From the NCBI GenBank assembly GCA_028534125.1, contig CM052818.1, positions 9,240,001 to 9,304,000 on the forward strand: DNA of 64,000 nucleotides. Direction: 5' to 3'. Below the pieces are notes generated by a model. The model searched no databases, was not told the DNA's origin, and saw nothing but the letters and a program-made list of their open reading frames with translations. This stretch comes from Lama glama. Taxonomy: Eukaryota. Made by a program: the position numbers and the translations under genes. Positions within the stretch are counted from its first letter, which is position 1; each line of letters begins with the position of its first letter. Of the stretch, positions 1-12,890 are shown piece after piece.

Positions 1-794
1 TGAAAATTTTAAATTTTGATGAAGTCCCGTTTATCTATTTTTTCTTTTGTTACTTGTGCTTTCAGTGTCTTATCTAAGAAACCATGGTCAAATCCATACT
101 CATGAAGATTTAGCCCTGTTTTCTTATAAGGATTTTATAGTTTAGCTCCTATGCTTAGGTCAACGATCCACTTTGAGTTAGTTTTTGTCTATGATGTCAG
201 GTAAGGGTCCAACTTTATTCTTTTGCATGTGGATATCTAGTTGTCCCACCACAATTTGTTGAAGAGATATTTTTTCTTCATTGACTAGCATTAACACTCT
301 TGTTGAAAATCAATTGACCATAAATGTATGGGTTTATTTCTGGACTCTCAATTCTATTCCATTGACCTACATGTCTATCCTTATGCCAGTACTACATGGT
401 TTTGATTACTGTAGCTCTGTATAAGTTTTGAAATTGGAAATTGGTGTAGGAAGTGAGTCCTCCTGCTTTGTTCTTTTTCAAGATTGTTTTGGCTATTCAG
501 GATCTCTTGCAATTACATATGAATTTAAGAATTAGCTATTTCATTTCTGCAAAAAAATTGCCATTGGGATTTTGTTAGGAATTGTATTGAATCTGTAGAT
601 TTCTTTGGTTAATACTGCCATCTTAACAATATTAAGTCTTTCAATCCATGAACATAGAATGTCTTTCTATTTATGTATATCTTCTTTAATTTCTCTCAGC
701 AATATTTTATAGTTTTCAGAGTCTTACACATTTTATATTAAATTTATCACCAGATAGTTCGTTTTGATGCTGTTGTAAATGATATTTTTAAATT

Positions 795-845
<51 letters not shown>

Positions 846-1985
846 TTTTGCCTTACTGAATTGTCTAGGCCCTCCAGCATAATGTTCAATAAAAATGGCT
901 ACAGTGGACATCCTTGCCTTTTTCTTGATCTATAGGGGGAAATATTCAATCTTACACTATTAGGCATGATGTTAGCCATAGGTTTATCATAAATGCCCTT
1001 TATCAGATTGGGGAAGTTCCCTTCTATTCCTAGTTTGCTGAGAGTATTTAGCCAAATAGATGTTGGATTTGTCAAATGCTTTTATTCTTATCTATTGAGA
1101 TGATTATATGGTTTTTCTTCTTTAATCTATCAATGCATTGAATTACATATTTGATTTTTGACTATTAAACCTTATATTCCTAGTAGAAATTCCACTTAGT
1201 CATAATATATTATCCAATTTATATACTATTGGATTCAAGTTGCTAATATTTCATGAATGATTTTACATCTATGTTTATGAGGGTTATTGGTCTATAGTTT
1301 TCTTTTCTTGTAATGTCCTTGATGGTTTTAGTGTCAGGGTAATGATAACTTCATAGAACATGTTAAAATATATTCCTTTTCCTTCAATTTTTGGAAAACT
1401 TTATGTAGAATTGGTATTATTTCTTCTTTAAATATTTGGTAGGTTTCTCAGTGAAGCCATCTGGACCAAGCATTTTTTTGTGGGAAGGTTCTTCCAGAAC
1501 AAATCAATTTCTTTTGTAGAGATATTTCCTCTTGAATAAACTTTTGCACTTCGTGTCTTTCAAGGAACATGTCCATTTCATCCAAGTTGTCAAATTTATC
1601 GGCAAAAAGTTATTTATAATATTACTTTATGATCCTTTTAATGTCTATAGGATCTAAAATGATGTTTTCTCTCATTCTTGATCTTGGCAGTTTGTGTCTT
1701 CACTCTTTCTTTTCCTTGATGAATTTGGCCGGAGGTTTGTCAATTTCATTGATCCTCTCAAAGAACCAGGTTTTGATTTCATGATTTTCTCTATTATTTT
1801 GTATTTCATTGATCTCTGCTCTTATCTTTATTATTTCCTTTTTTCTGCATACTTTAGATCTTTATTTATTTCTAATTAATTTTATTTTGGTCAGAGAAAA
1901 CACTTTGTATGACTTGATTCCTTTGAAAAAAGTTTTTGATTCCTTTGAAATTTATTGAGACTTGTCTTATGGCTCAGAAGATAGT
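1..1985 (-). mobile_element. Old L1 (L1M-type) ORF2-region fragments, antisense
   Basis: Typical antisense L1 ORF2 text (ttttgattactgtagct, gaatctgtagat, ggacatccttgcctt, ggaagttcccttctattcctagtttgctgagag); no ORF left; small tandem duplication ttgattcctttgaaa at ~1914-1950. Confidence 0.9.
794..845. repeat. (TTTA)13 microsatellite inside the L1
   Basis: Read directly. Confidence 0.95.
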
Positions 1986-2759
1986 TAGAAATATGGTCCA
2001 TCTACTGAGAGATAAGGCAGTGATTATTATGCAAATACAAGGACTAAGGTCTGAGAAGCAATGTGTTTCTTATTGTAAATAAGAATATTAGAGTTTGGAT
2101 TTTATATATCAGTCTGATGAGCTCAGTAAATGTCCGTTCCCTCCTGAGAAAACAAGCTGCCTCTTAATGTTCTCTACCCATAATGGCAAAGATTTTAATT
2201 GAAAACTGAACATTTCAATCTTCCAGGTATTTTCAAGTATCCATATGTTTGTATTCAGATATTTGTTTTAGCTTTAGAACATGAATGAAGACCTTAGGTC
2301 TCTGAATAAATTTCCCTCTCTTGGATTACGTTGTTTCTCATCTGAGAATAAAAATTAACTCAAGTAAAGTTAAATTACTATATTTATACACAAATGTATC
2401 CTGAGGAAATGTGGTCCATATTGCTCAATATCACTGAATATAACAGTTTATGTGGACAGTAAAAGTGTAGAATTTGAGCCTCCTTGGAATCAGCCCCAGA
2501 GTTCTGTTCCTAAACATATTGCAATTAGATATTTTTAGAGCCATTAGCTGGAGTGCACATACATTGTTGACTTCGAATAGTTTTTAATATGCTACTAGGG
2601 ATCATAATTGTAATATCTGAATAAAATTATTGTCCTATCAAAAATTGTCACTAGTGTCAAAAAAGCAAAACTAAACAAAACAAAGCTAATGAAAAAAGTG
2701 ACCTCTGCTCCTCCCACAAAGCAGAGGGGAGAAGCTGGAGGAAGAAAAGCTCTCTCCTT

Positions 2760-3145
2760 CCTATGCTCATCTGTATGGTTAGGCTGTTCACGGTCGCTCT
2801 TCTCTTGCTCTCTGTACATCCCCTGCTCCACCAGTCCCTGTTCACTCACATGACTATCCAGTCCTCTTAATTAGAGGGCTTAATTAGTCCCTGGTACCAG
2901 TGAGCCCACCTGATGTCAAATGTCAATCCCCTCTTCTCCCCCACCCCCCAAGTAGCAAAGATCGCTGCTATGTCCTGTCCATCGTCTGCCAGAAACAGGG
3001 CACGTGAGGGTGCTGCTCCAGGGCCCTTTATGTAAGATCTCCTGTCCAATAAGCCATTGATGTCTCTGTCACTATCTCTGGGCTTTCTTCTGTCTCGAGG
3101 CTGAGCAACCTTAAAGCTTGCACGCTTGTGGAGTGCAGCCCAAAA
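2760..3145 (+). mobile_element. Probable LTR (MER74-like, ERVL class); 5' boundary uncertain
   Basis: 3' part aataagccattgatgtctctgtcac...gtgcagcccaaaa resembles the polyA/U5 end of MER74-group LTRs as recalled. Confidence 0.45.
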
Positions 3146-3498
3146 CCATCCATTACACAGTGGAAGTGGTACCTCTGGTATCAGTCAAGAGCAGGGTCAG
3201 AGGGCACAAGGAACCTGCACAGGTAGGTGATCTAGACCCCCATGTCATCCAGCACTGGTGCACTGATGTCGCTCCCTCAGTTCACACCTGTGGCTGCAAG
3301 GGCATAGTCAGTGATCCGCGGGAGTGTTTCTTGGGACTCTTGCTCAGTTTTGAAGGTAAATGGACAAGTGCAGCAGCCACAGTCTAAGAAGGTTCTGGTG
3401 ACCAGCAGCTCGCCCCTCAGGCTCTGGTCATTCATTTTGTGTGAAAAAAGAATTGGCCTGAGGTAAGAATATAAGGGCAGCCCTGAATAGCTTGTCAG
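3146..3498 (+). mobile_element. Decayed ERVL internal sequence (pol RT-connection/RNase H), ERV3-16A3_I/ERVL-like
   Basis: Translates ITQWKWYLWYQSRAGSEGTRNLH (cf. ERV-L SIIKWKWYIRDRARAGPEGTSKLH) and HFV*KKNWPEVRI (cf. HFAWKEKWPDVRL); in-frame stops present. Confidence 0.8.
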
Positions 3499-4014
3499 TG
3501 AAGTAATTCAGAACCAGCCTCCCAAAATGTGCCAATTCAGCATGTGGATTATTTTGAGCTGAAGACAGTGGAGGCCCCAAAGATTCAGGAAGAGCTTTTT
3601 AATCTCTCCCTTCAACCGCCTAAAGAAATTTAGATAGAGGGCCTGTTCCAGGAAGAGAGCTATGAGCAGAGACAACCACAGAGAGTGTGGGCAGGTGTGG
3701 TAAGCTGGGGGACCCCCTGTTTGTTCAGAGTCCTCTCTGTATCCCACTGTCATTCACCAAACCTTTGTTTTCCCGTCTTCCTGTGTATTGCCTTTCTTCC
3801 ATTTGAAACCAGACCGCCGGCCCCTTCTCCTTAGCTCAGAATGACATATAAGCCTCAATTGCTTGCCTGTCAGAGAGCCTCTCATTCTTTGTGGGACTCC
3901 CTTACATACAAAATTGCCTTTGTTTTTCTCCTGTTAGTCTGTCTCACATTGATTTGATTAATAGATCAGCCAAAAGAGCCTAGCCGGATACAGGAAAATT
4001 TTTCCTCCCCTGTA
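3499..4014 (+). mobile_element. Solo LTR, MER34A-like (ERV1), inserted into the ERVL internal region
   Basis: Starts tgaagtaattcagaaccagcctcccaaaatgtgcc...gattattttgagctgaag; ends ggaaaatttttcctcccctgta; ERVL sequence resumes directly afterwards. Confidence 0.75.
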
Positions 4015-4326
4015 GTAGTTTGGTCATGGGTCAGAAAGGAGAAAAACTAAAAGATAGAGTTGAGGGACTGGGCCACCCAGACCCCCAAGGAAGGTGCCTA
4101 GACCAGCAGAGGTGCCGGCCAAGGGTAAGGGAACTAGAACAGGTAATGGAGGAGGGCGACAGTGAGTTTCAGCTGCACCTGGAGACCAGCTGCCATGGTG
4201 AAGACTGAGTCTTTCCCACTCCACTTCCTCTCATAAGTTTCCTCCAGGAAAAGAGACCAACCAGAATTCTGGAGGAGCTGAATTTATTATACGAAGCAAA
4301 TGAGTCTGAGTGGATAAGGGGTGAAT
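4015..4326 (+). mobile_element. ERVL internal 3' part ending in a polypurine tract
   Basis: WSWVRKEKN*KI (cf. WSGTWKKHDWKI), then gaggtgccggccaagggtaagggaactagaacaggtaatggaggaggg (EVLAEGKGNTEWVVEEG-like); PPT aaggggtgaat before the LTR TG. Confidence 0.7.
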
Positions 4327-4920
4327 TGTCATGGACCCTGTGGTGTGCTGCCCTGTCGTCTGCTCTGGACACAGGCACTCATTCCCCCAGAGGCTGGGTG
4401 TGTTGGTTGCCAAAAACTCTCAGCTGAGTCCTTCTGCAGGCATTGCCTTCAGCTGATGAGTGCTGCCTCACCCAAGATCATTTTTCCCTGCCTGGGTATG
4501 AAGTCCAGGCACCCTGCCTCATGATGGGCCATCTCCGGAGGTCCGTCATGCTCTAGAGCTCCCACTGGGTCAGCCTAGGCCTCAATTGCAACTGCCCTGC
4601 AGTTCAGCTCCCCCAGCTGCCCCCTTCTGCATTCACTCACACATAGGTGTTGATCCGAAAGGTGCTTCCCCAATAAAATCCTGCATACAGCGGGAATGGA
4701 GTGTTAGCATTTAACGGGGACCGAGTTTCAGTTAGGGAAGATGAAAGAGTTCTGAAGGTGGATGGTGGGGATAGTTGCACAGTAATGTCAATGCATTTAA
4801 TTCCACTGAACTGAATGTATAAAGTGGTTAAAGTGGAAAATTTTATGTTACTGTATTTTACCACAATAAGAAAAAATATCTGGGTGTGAATCTCCCTAAC
4901 TTCTTAGTGAAGTTAACCCA
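4327..4920 (+). mobile_element. LTR16-family 3' LTR (ERVL), interrupted by an L1 fragment
   Basis: tgtcatggaccctgtggtgtgctgccc start; gggccatc...ctagagctcccactgggtcagcctaggcct core; ccccaataaaatcctgcat polyA region; part after the L1 is uncertain. Confidence 0.7.
4691..4876 (+). mobile_element. L1MB-type 3' end
   Basis: gagtttcagttagggaagatgaaagagttctgaaggtggatggtgg...tattttaccacaataagaaaaaa. Confidence 0.85.
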
Positions 4921-4928
4921 GCAGCCTC

Positions 4929-5340
4929 TGTGAATATGGCAAAGAGAGCTAGCTTCCACCAACATTCATTCCTTCTCCTTTACTGTTGGAACTCAGCCTG
5001 AGACAGCAAGCGGTCTTGAAACTGGCCATGGGATGTGAGACATCTGACTAAGTTTGGTGAATTGGTTGTGAGAAGTGATATAAGCCACTTCCTGCTCATT
5101 CTCTTAAAATAACAGGCATGCCCTCCACTCATCTTCGCTTCCTTCCTGCTGGCTGGGACACAGATGTGATGGCAGGAGCTGAGTCAGAAAGGCAGCCTAG
5201 GTAGAGAATGACAGAGCTAACCTAACAATTCTAGACTGATTATCTCTGGTTGTTCTGTGAGATAGGAATAAACTCCTGTATTGTTTAAGGCACTGAATTT
5301 AAGGTATCTTTGTTACACTAGCTCAGCCTGTATCCTCATA
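4929..5340 (+). mobile_element. MaLR LTR (MLT1J-like)
   Basis: aataaactcctgtattgtttaaggcactg...ctttgttacactagctcagcctgtatcct 3' end typical of MLT1. Confidence 0.65.
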
Positions 5341-5519
5341 CTTTGGATGACTCCAAAATCCATTTCTCTAACCCTAACTCCTTTCAAATAATTCCTATTT
5401 CTCATTTTCAGTTTTGAGATTTGGCATGCCCATACTGTAATATATCCTAAATGCTTTCAAAACCTTGTTCCTTATTTCTGATAATATCACAGTTCTCCTA
5501 CCTGTGAAGAACCCTAAGC

Positions 5520-5828
5520 ATTCACACAGTGGAATATCATTCAGCCATTAAAAAAAAAAAGAGGCGGTACCTCAAGATAGGGAACAATCACCAAGACATA
5601 TTGTTAACTGAAGAAAGCCAGGAGCAGCAGTGTCTATAACACTATTTGTGTTAGGAAAACAAAGAATATATACATTTGTACATATGTGTATGTACATAGA
5701 ATATCTTGGGAAGGATAGCCAAAGACTGAGTCGCTGCCCTAGATAGGACAGCCAGGGGACAAAGTGGCAGAGAAACTAATTTCTCAATACATACCTGTTT
5801 GAACCTTTGAATTGTATACTGTATGCAA
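5520..5828 (+). mobile_element. L1ME-type 3' fragment
   Basis: ggaatatcattcagccattaaaaa...ccaagacatattgttaactgaagaaagc. Confidence 0.65.
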
Positions 5829-5851
5829 AGGGCGAAGGGTGCACTGTTCAT

Positions 5852-5955
5852 TTTCTTTTTTTTCCAATTTTTTAATTGAGGTAGTAGGGATTCAACCCAG
5901 CACCTTATGCATGCATGCTAAGCATGTGCTCTACCACTGAGTTATACCCTCCCTC
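5852..5955 (-). mobile_element. tRNA-Ala-derived camelid SINE (Vic-1-like) with 17-bp TSD
   Basis: Reverse-strand tRNA head with A/B boxes; TSD aagggtgcactgttcat 5835-5851 / aagggtgcactattcat 5956-5972; target resembles a MER91-like remnant (gcacccctggagttgtgc). Confidence 0.9.
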
Positions 5956-6439
5956 AAGGGTGCACTATTCATATTCTAATCTGGGTAAATTGCACCCCTG
6001 GAGTTGTGCTGTGTGTGGCCTGGGCAGCTGTACATATCCATTCTGCTGTGCATGTTTTACGTACTCAAAAAAAATGTAAGAAAATATACTTACTTTTGTT
6101 CTGTAGCTTGGACAGAACAGTTACAATATCCTAGTGTTTCAGAGATCTCTGTCTGGATTGCAGTGTACATCTCTGTTACCAGCCGTTAGTTTTTGTTGCT
6201 GTTGTTGTTGTTGTGGTTTGGGGGGGAGGTTGGGTTTTTGTTTTTTTTTTTTTTTTTGTCATTTAAAAAGATCATCCACTCTTCTCCAGAACTTCCATCA
6301 GTGCTGAAATGACCAGCCAGCTTTTTTCCTCCTAGGAATTCCGAGGTGAGACTAGGGGAAGCGCAACAGTGAAACCTGCCTAAGGATTTAACCCCCACAT
6401 TTGTCCTTCTGAGAGTTATCAGTTATCTCAGTTAGGACT

Positions 6440-6945
6440 GAGAACCTGAAAAATGTCCTTAACGTTTGACCCGGAAAATTCTGCTGCTTGAATTTCCCTT
6501 GTCATCCTAAGGAAAGCATCAGAGATGCCTGCCAAGATGTATGTACCAGAACACTCGCTGTGACTTATTTCTCTTGTCCAAAAACATGGTCACAAACTAA
6601 AGTGTCATAAATATGTAACTAGTTAAATCTGGTACAGTTCATCTAGGTAGTGGAATTCCAGACGTTGGAAGAATAATGAAATGGGGAAGTGAGTTCATTA
6701 CATTGATAAGTGAGAAAAGCAAATTACAAACCAGTAGCTAAGGCAGTCTCCTTAAACTATCCCAATCTGGTTTTTAAAGAAAGTTGAGTAACTGAGTCTG
6801 CAAAAGATATTCACTGATATGTTAATATTGCTTTTTTGTGGAGTTGGGCTTATTATGAGATTATTTATATTCTTTTTTTTTGTGCTTGCCTGTATTTTTC
6901 AAAATCACTACAATTAACAAGTTTTCTCTTATAATTAAAAAAATG
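6440..6945 (+). mobile_element. L1ME-type fragment, highly decayed
   Basis: cgtttgacccggaaaattctgctgcttgaattt, gataagtgagaaaagcaaattacaaa. Confidence 0.55.
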
Positions 6946-7575
6946 TTACCCCCACACAAAGTTAATTTGGCGAGTTCTATGAGCACTTCAATTTGCTCCT
7001 CATTAGTCTCTGATAGTCCTCCGAGGCATGCATACGAATTTTAAATGAGAAACATCAATTCTGAGTTAGGTAGAGAATTCTTCCAATTTCTATCAGGAGG
7101 AGGTAAGAGGAGAAGGGTAGCAGATGGTAAGGAGAGGATGTGACAGCTTAAATTGCTTTGTTACCTTTGTTACAAGTTTTCCTTCCAGAAAGAGTCATTT
7201 AACGGTTTTCTAGCTAAATGAGCTATTTTACATTTGTACAGATGACAAACTTCACTATTCACCAGGACCATATGCTTTTTTGATATTCATAAAGGCTTTG
7301 AAGTCTAAAATATATGCTGTTTAGGAATGTTAGTGGAGACCAGAGGATAATAGCTCTCTCCTAAATAATACATAAGTACCTTTTTAAATTAGCCTTGGCC
7401 AGGGGAAATTTTAAAAATAGAAAATATGGGTCAGAATCAAGTTCTACAACTCAGTATAGTCTTTATAAAAGATTTATGGACTTGATTCAAGGAGTATTTT
7501 AGACAAATTTGTGTATAGCATAAACACAAATTAAATGTAAAAAAAAATTAATAATGAAAAAGTGAGTCCTAAAAA

Positions 7576-7591
7576 GGCCAGCAGGTGGCAT
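7576..7591 (+). promoter_or_regulatory. Candidate CTCF-binding motif
   Basis: GGCCAGCAGGTGGCAT matches the CTCF core CCASYAGRKGGCR, in unique AT-rich DNA. Confidence 0.45.
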
Positions 7592-10500
7592 AAATAATTT
7601 ATTTAATCAAACTGGCAAGATATGTACTGTGAAAGGTATCTTCCCCAACCTTTTGCCCATAAAAAACTCTTGAATATGTAGACAAAATTCCCGATTAAAG
7701 CATCACTAAAGAAGACAACGTAGTTGTAAATACAAAAATTGGAATTGCAGGGGAGATGGATCTCATAGACATCAACCTGAAGCTAGATTGTAAACTGTTT
7801 GCCCAGGCCTATCATTAAACCAAAACAAAAAGACAACATGTAATGAGAGCATCTAATCTCGATGCTCCCCTAGCATCCTTCAACATCTCTGAAGTGGTAG
7901 GACTGTGTTGACATCAGAGCTTAGGAAAATCATGTCTTCCAAAGCCTTGTAGGTGATCCCTGCCCCAGTAAACTCTGCAGGAGCAACAGGAAGCCTCTTC
8001 TCCCTTCAAATGCAACTGAAGGGCCGGTCCCAACATTCAGTCTTTACAGGTCCTAGGAAGGCTCCACGACACTAACCTACTACATACCTGTTGGCTGCCT
8101 TGGATCTGAATAAGATATTCTCCCCATTTACCAGTATCTGATGAAATGGCCAATAAGAAATGTTTGTCCTCGCTTGCTTTTGTATCTGCTCTTGTGGAAA
8201 TAGCACCATGGATTAGAATCCAGATACGTGCAAAGACTAGAACACACTGCACCAAACTATCAGGAATGCTTTCTCCAGAAGCTGAGTCTATAGGAGATTG
8301 TCTGTGCTCACAATTATATCTTTAGTGCCTAGTCTAGGGTCTTATACATAGTAGGTGGTAAATAAATACTTGTTGAATGAATACTTTTCTATAATTTTAA
8401 AATTTTTTGAAATGAGCCTGTTACTTTCGTGATTGTAAAGAAAATAAAAGTTTTCTGGCATACTCATACTCAAAAGAGTAGAGAATCACTCTTCTAGAGG
8501 ATTTTTCCCTGGTGAAAGCCTAATTATTTTCTTCCACAGTCTTTATTTGAATGAATTTAATTTTTGAGTGCACATATTACTCAATACATACAAGCTTGAC
8601 AAAACCCACCCAACCTAAAGAGTGTCTAAATCAGCTAACTATTCATTTATATAGATCACCAATGACTCATTTTCAGAGACTTTCCAGGTGTCTCCACTAC
8701 CTGTTTCAATAAACACGCTCCACTATTAGTGCACTGTTTGCTTTTCTGTGGACGCCTTACACACAGCTGCGCTTTGAAGCATCGCCTATCCCGGTCCTGT
8801 TCCCTTCCCCAGGAAGCAATACTGAAAGTCAGCAGCTTTTTCTCAAGTGAGACACCCACTGCTGCTCTGTGCCTTACAGGCAATCCTCTGCTTTCATCCC
8901 AGCTAGGCTGAATGTTAACTGGAAGACAATTGGGGTGGAGGGATGTAGGACAAAGTTTTCTTTATAGCCATATTATAAATAATGATTGGAGTCCAAGTCT
9001 ACCCCACAGAAGTTGGATTCACACATAATATGGTTGAAACCATTCAAATTTTGGTGTGTAGCTAGAGTAGGCACTTAGTATGAATTTGTTCAATGAATGA
9101 CTATTGCTAGTGCTTCTTCACAAGAGGAATTTAGAAACTGAGACCCAATCCCAGGAAGGTATCATCTCTGCTTCCAGCTCCTAGCAGCTGTTGATACCTG
9201 CAGGCACTTACAAGTTGGGTGTTGGTAACTTGGGAGATGCCTGTATTCGTGTCTTAGACAAAGATCGTCTGGTTGAAAGTCATTTGAGGGGACTTACTAG
9301 AAAGGCACTAGCCTGTTAGTGCTCCCACCTTCTGATCAGGCCGTTTTCAGAGAAGGAAGGCTGTGGGCTAGAAACAGAAGAGGTATATATTGTATTTAGT
9401 GTTTTAAAACTTTAAGCCATTTTAGCTCAGATTCATTTGATCATAAGGAACTGAGGTTCTCTAAAGTTAGCTAAAAGAAAGAGGATTTATTACAAGGTGT
9501 GATAACGAGTCTCAGCATTAGTCCCAAAGGAGTCATCACCAGGCTTCCTATGGCTAGAATGGAGGGTGGTTCTGTGCTCAAAGCTGCTCAGGGACCCCCA
9601 GCTGCAGAGCTTATTAATATGCTGTAAATACACATTTGTGTTGTTCTCGCTGCCTCCCCGAAAACTGGCAAAACCTACTGCACTGGGCAATAAGGTAAAG
9701 GTCATTGATTAGCCTGAGAATTGACAAACCACTCTGGTGAATCAGCTGTGGCACAGAAGGACAGGATACAGGGTCGCAGGGAGCAGATCAGAGCTGTCTA
9801 GCCAAGAGGACTGTGGGGGCCCCTTAGATATGTTTAGTAAATTTGGGTATCTGGTTTAAGAATCCTGGGTGCATTTCAGGGTACCGTGGATTCAGGATTG
9901 ACCCTGAATAATAACAAAAAAAGGAGAAATTTCTCCTCAGGCTATTAGACACATATACATACACATACACTCACACAAATATGGGGCCTGGTACCTTAAT
10001 TTTGCTCAAGCCCCTGGCCCTAGAGTCCCAGTCAGGTTTCAAAGTCCTCAGTATACAAATTATGTTGTCATGCCCTTAAAAAGGGGTGGCTACAATGAAG
10101 TTTAAGGCAATATGACAAAGTAGCATTCTAAGAATGCAAAGCAATGTAAAAGAACCAGTTTGGGTACAGGGAGGCAGGCAGGGGATAATGAGAGGGTGGG
10201 TGAGGCCCTCTTTGCAACTAAGTCATCCTCATACCATATCTTCAACAATTCCCAAAAAGACTGGCACCCTGCCCCGCTCCATTCAAATATCTTTGCCTTT
10301 CCTGTGTGCCTTTCGACTATTCTCATTAACATAAAAAAGCCTTCTGTACATTGAGTGAATATGCTTTGACTTATTCTGAGTGTTATCAGCAGGATTAACA
10401 CTCACAATTCCAACTTCTTTATCTGTAATTTTTACAGGGGGTGGTTGATGGTTGTATCACTAGGAGTGTAAGATCTTGCCCTGGTCCCCGTTGTCCTCAT

Positions 10501-10603
10501 TGAGTCTCTAAAATTGGCTGAATCTGCCACCATTGAAGCGGCAGGTTGTCAAAAGAGGAACAGCCACATCCTATGTACAAGAGAGCTTGAAAAGCTGGCT
10601 TGG

Positions 10604-10745
10604 TTTTTTGGAGGGTTTTTTTTTCTTTTTTATGAGGGAAGTAATTAGGTTTTAATTTATTTATTTTTAGTGGAAGTACTGGGGATTGAACCCAGGACCT
10701 CGTGCATGCTAGATATACCCTCCACCACTGAGCTATACCCTCCCC
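10604..10745 (-). mobile_element. Vic-1-like tRNA-derived SINE
   Basis: gtactggggattgaacccaggacctcgtgcatgctag...ccactgagctataccctcccc with gtaattaggttt tail. Confidence 0.9.
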
Positions 10746-11334
10746 ACTACCAATTGCCTATCTTGAATGACTTAGGACTTTTCTATTCCTGGAGGCAGGG
10801 AACAGAAGAAATCATAGAGGCTCTTAAGTTGCCATCCAAGGATAAAAGAATCCACTTATTATCAGGTGTTAGTAAGTGCACAAAATTGTCGCAAGGGCTC
10901 GGGGAGCAGGTTCCAGGTGGAGCTTCTAGGGACAACTCCCACCCCCCAGAATCACACGGCTTCTTCTGTGGAGGGGAGTGCAACTGCCACCCCAGGAAGC
11001 TGAGGACCACTGAGTACGTTGCCTCCTTGGCCACATCCATGCCAAAAATAGGGATCACTCTTCTGATTTTACTGAATTCTGAATTCAGAGTCTCACATGG
11101 GGGCATCTGATTGGCAGAACATAAATTGGTATCTAACTGAAAGGGACTCTGGCAAATGCAGTTTTTAGGGTTCCAGCTTTTGCTATGGATCAAGACATGC
11201 TAGAAGGAAGTCACAATGGGTATTGGCTGAGCCATAAGTGCGGAGGGAATATTTTCAAAGATACCAATGTGAGCAAAAGAGCTCGGAACATCCAGCCAGG
11301 CTGGAGTATACCCACTTGGTGAGGGACATGAGGT

Positions 11335-11592
11335 ATCAGGTATGAATGATTCCATTTATATTAAATGTCCAGAACAGACAAATCTCTAGAGACAGAAAAT
11401 AGATTAATGGTTGTCTAGGGCTGGGAAATTGTGGGTAGATTGGCAGGTGGTAGCTAAGGAGTGCAGGGTTTCTTTTAGAGATAATAAAATGTTTAAACTT
11501 AACTGCGGTGATAGATGCACAACTTTGTGAATATAATAAAAGCCATTGAATTGTGTACTTAAGTGAATTGCCTATTAGTTATATTTTAATAA
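11335..11592 (+). mobile_element. L1MB/MC-type 3' end
   Basis: gattccatttatattaaatgtccagaacagacaaatctctagagacagaaaatagattaatggttgtctagggctggg. Confidence 0.85.
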
Positions 11593-11659
11593 GTACATAT
11601 TCTAAATGGACTCCCATGTTTCTGAAATGAACAACCAAGTGGATGGAGATATAATTTAT

Positions 11660-12190
11660 TGAGATAGGGACTTCCATTTCCAGTAATGTATCCAGACTGA
11701 CCCTCTTGATGAAAACAACTAAAATAACTGGCTTAAATATCAAAACCATCTTCTTAAAAGTAGCTCGCAATATAGTGAGGAAAATATCATGCTAAAACAT
11801 GAGTAAAGGCATGAGCCAAAAGAGCACTGAAGCTCCTTTTGAGGAACTTTACTAAACTTGAGCTTCAATAAGAGCAAAGTTCAGGAGCCATGCAAGATGG
11901 GAGGCGGATAGGAGACCCTGCCCTCATAAAGCTTGGACCAGAAATAAACCCATCCCCAACCCACCCCCTAGTTGTCAGCAAGGAAAGTTGCCTTGATGCT
12001 GGAAAGAGCATAGTGGGGAAGGAACTGTCCCCCAAAGTTATAACCACAGAATAGGAATATTCCTAGTGTAGGTTTGCAGCCTGAATTTATATTCCTGGGT
12101 AGTCCTATAAACCCCAAGCTACAGGTTAAGTTTAAAGTGATCCAGTACTGATAGAAAGTGGTGAAGTGATGCCACATGACTACTGAGGCT
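11660..12190 (+). mobile_element. Probable old L1M 5'-region fragment
   Basis: gggacttccatttccagtaatg...gaaaacaactaaaataactgg; gtgatccagtactgatag. Confidence 0.4.
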
Positions 12191-12364
12191 AGGTCAGAAA
12201 AGGCCATGCAGCTTCAAAGAAACTTTCAGCCAGACAAAGGCCTTGTAAGGCTCTCACAAGAGCCTTGTAGACCCTTCCTGTTAAAATTAGGACTACTAAC
12301 AATACTGTAGGTGTTGTCATCAGCAGCCTCACACAGGGGGTCCGAGATGGAGACAGACCTTCTG

Positions 12365-12890
12365 CAGTGTAACCCTACCACCACTCCATCAAGAGGAAGA
12401 AGCTAATTCCCCTTCCTTTGAATCGGATGGCTTATATCTCTCTTGTAACCAATAGAATTGGCAGAAGTGACGCTGCTGGACTTCTGGGTCCAAAAAGGTC
12501 ATGCAGCTTCCACCCAGCTCTCTTAGAACACTTACTTTTAGGATGCTCCCTCATGGAAGCCAATCGCCATGCTATGAGAAGCCCACACCACATGGAGAAG
12601 CACAAGCAAGTGCTCCAGCTGAGGCCAGCCTTTGCCTCATTCCAGCCTAGGCACTAGATAAGAGTGACGGAGCCTTCAGATTATCACAGCCCCTGGCTAT
12701 TCAAGTCACCCCAGCATTGTGGTCTTTCCAGCTGAGGGCCCCAGCACCACAGAACAGAGACAGGACATCTCTACTAAGCCCTACCCACTTTCATCCTGCA
12801 GAGTTTGAGAGCATAATAAGATGGTTACGGTTTAGACCACTAAATTTGGGGTAATTTGATATACAGCAGTAGAAGCCAGAATAGGAAGTA
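12365..12890 (+). mobile_element. MaLR LTR (MLT1H-like)
   Basis: ccatcaagagg...accaatagaattggcagaagtgacgctgc...gtttagaccactaaatttggggtaatttgatatacagcagtaga. Confidence 0.75.

Noticed and set aside
10670..11193. Overlapping 146-aa and 136-aa ORFs
   Set aside because: The plus ORF starts in an antisense SINE (EVLGIEPRTSCML); neither resembles a protein I recognise, and there is no convincing splice or promoter context
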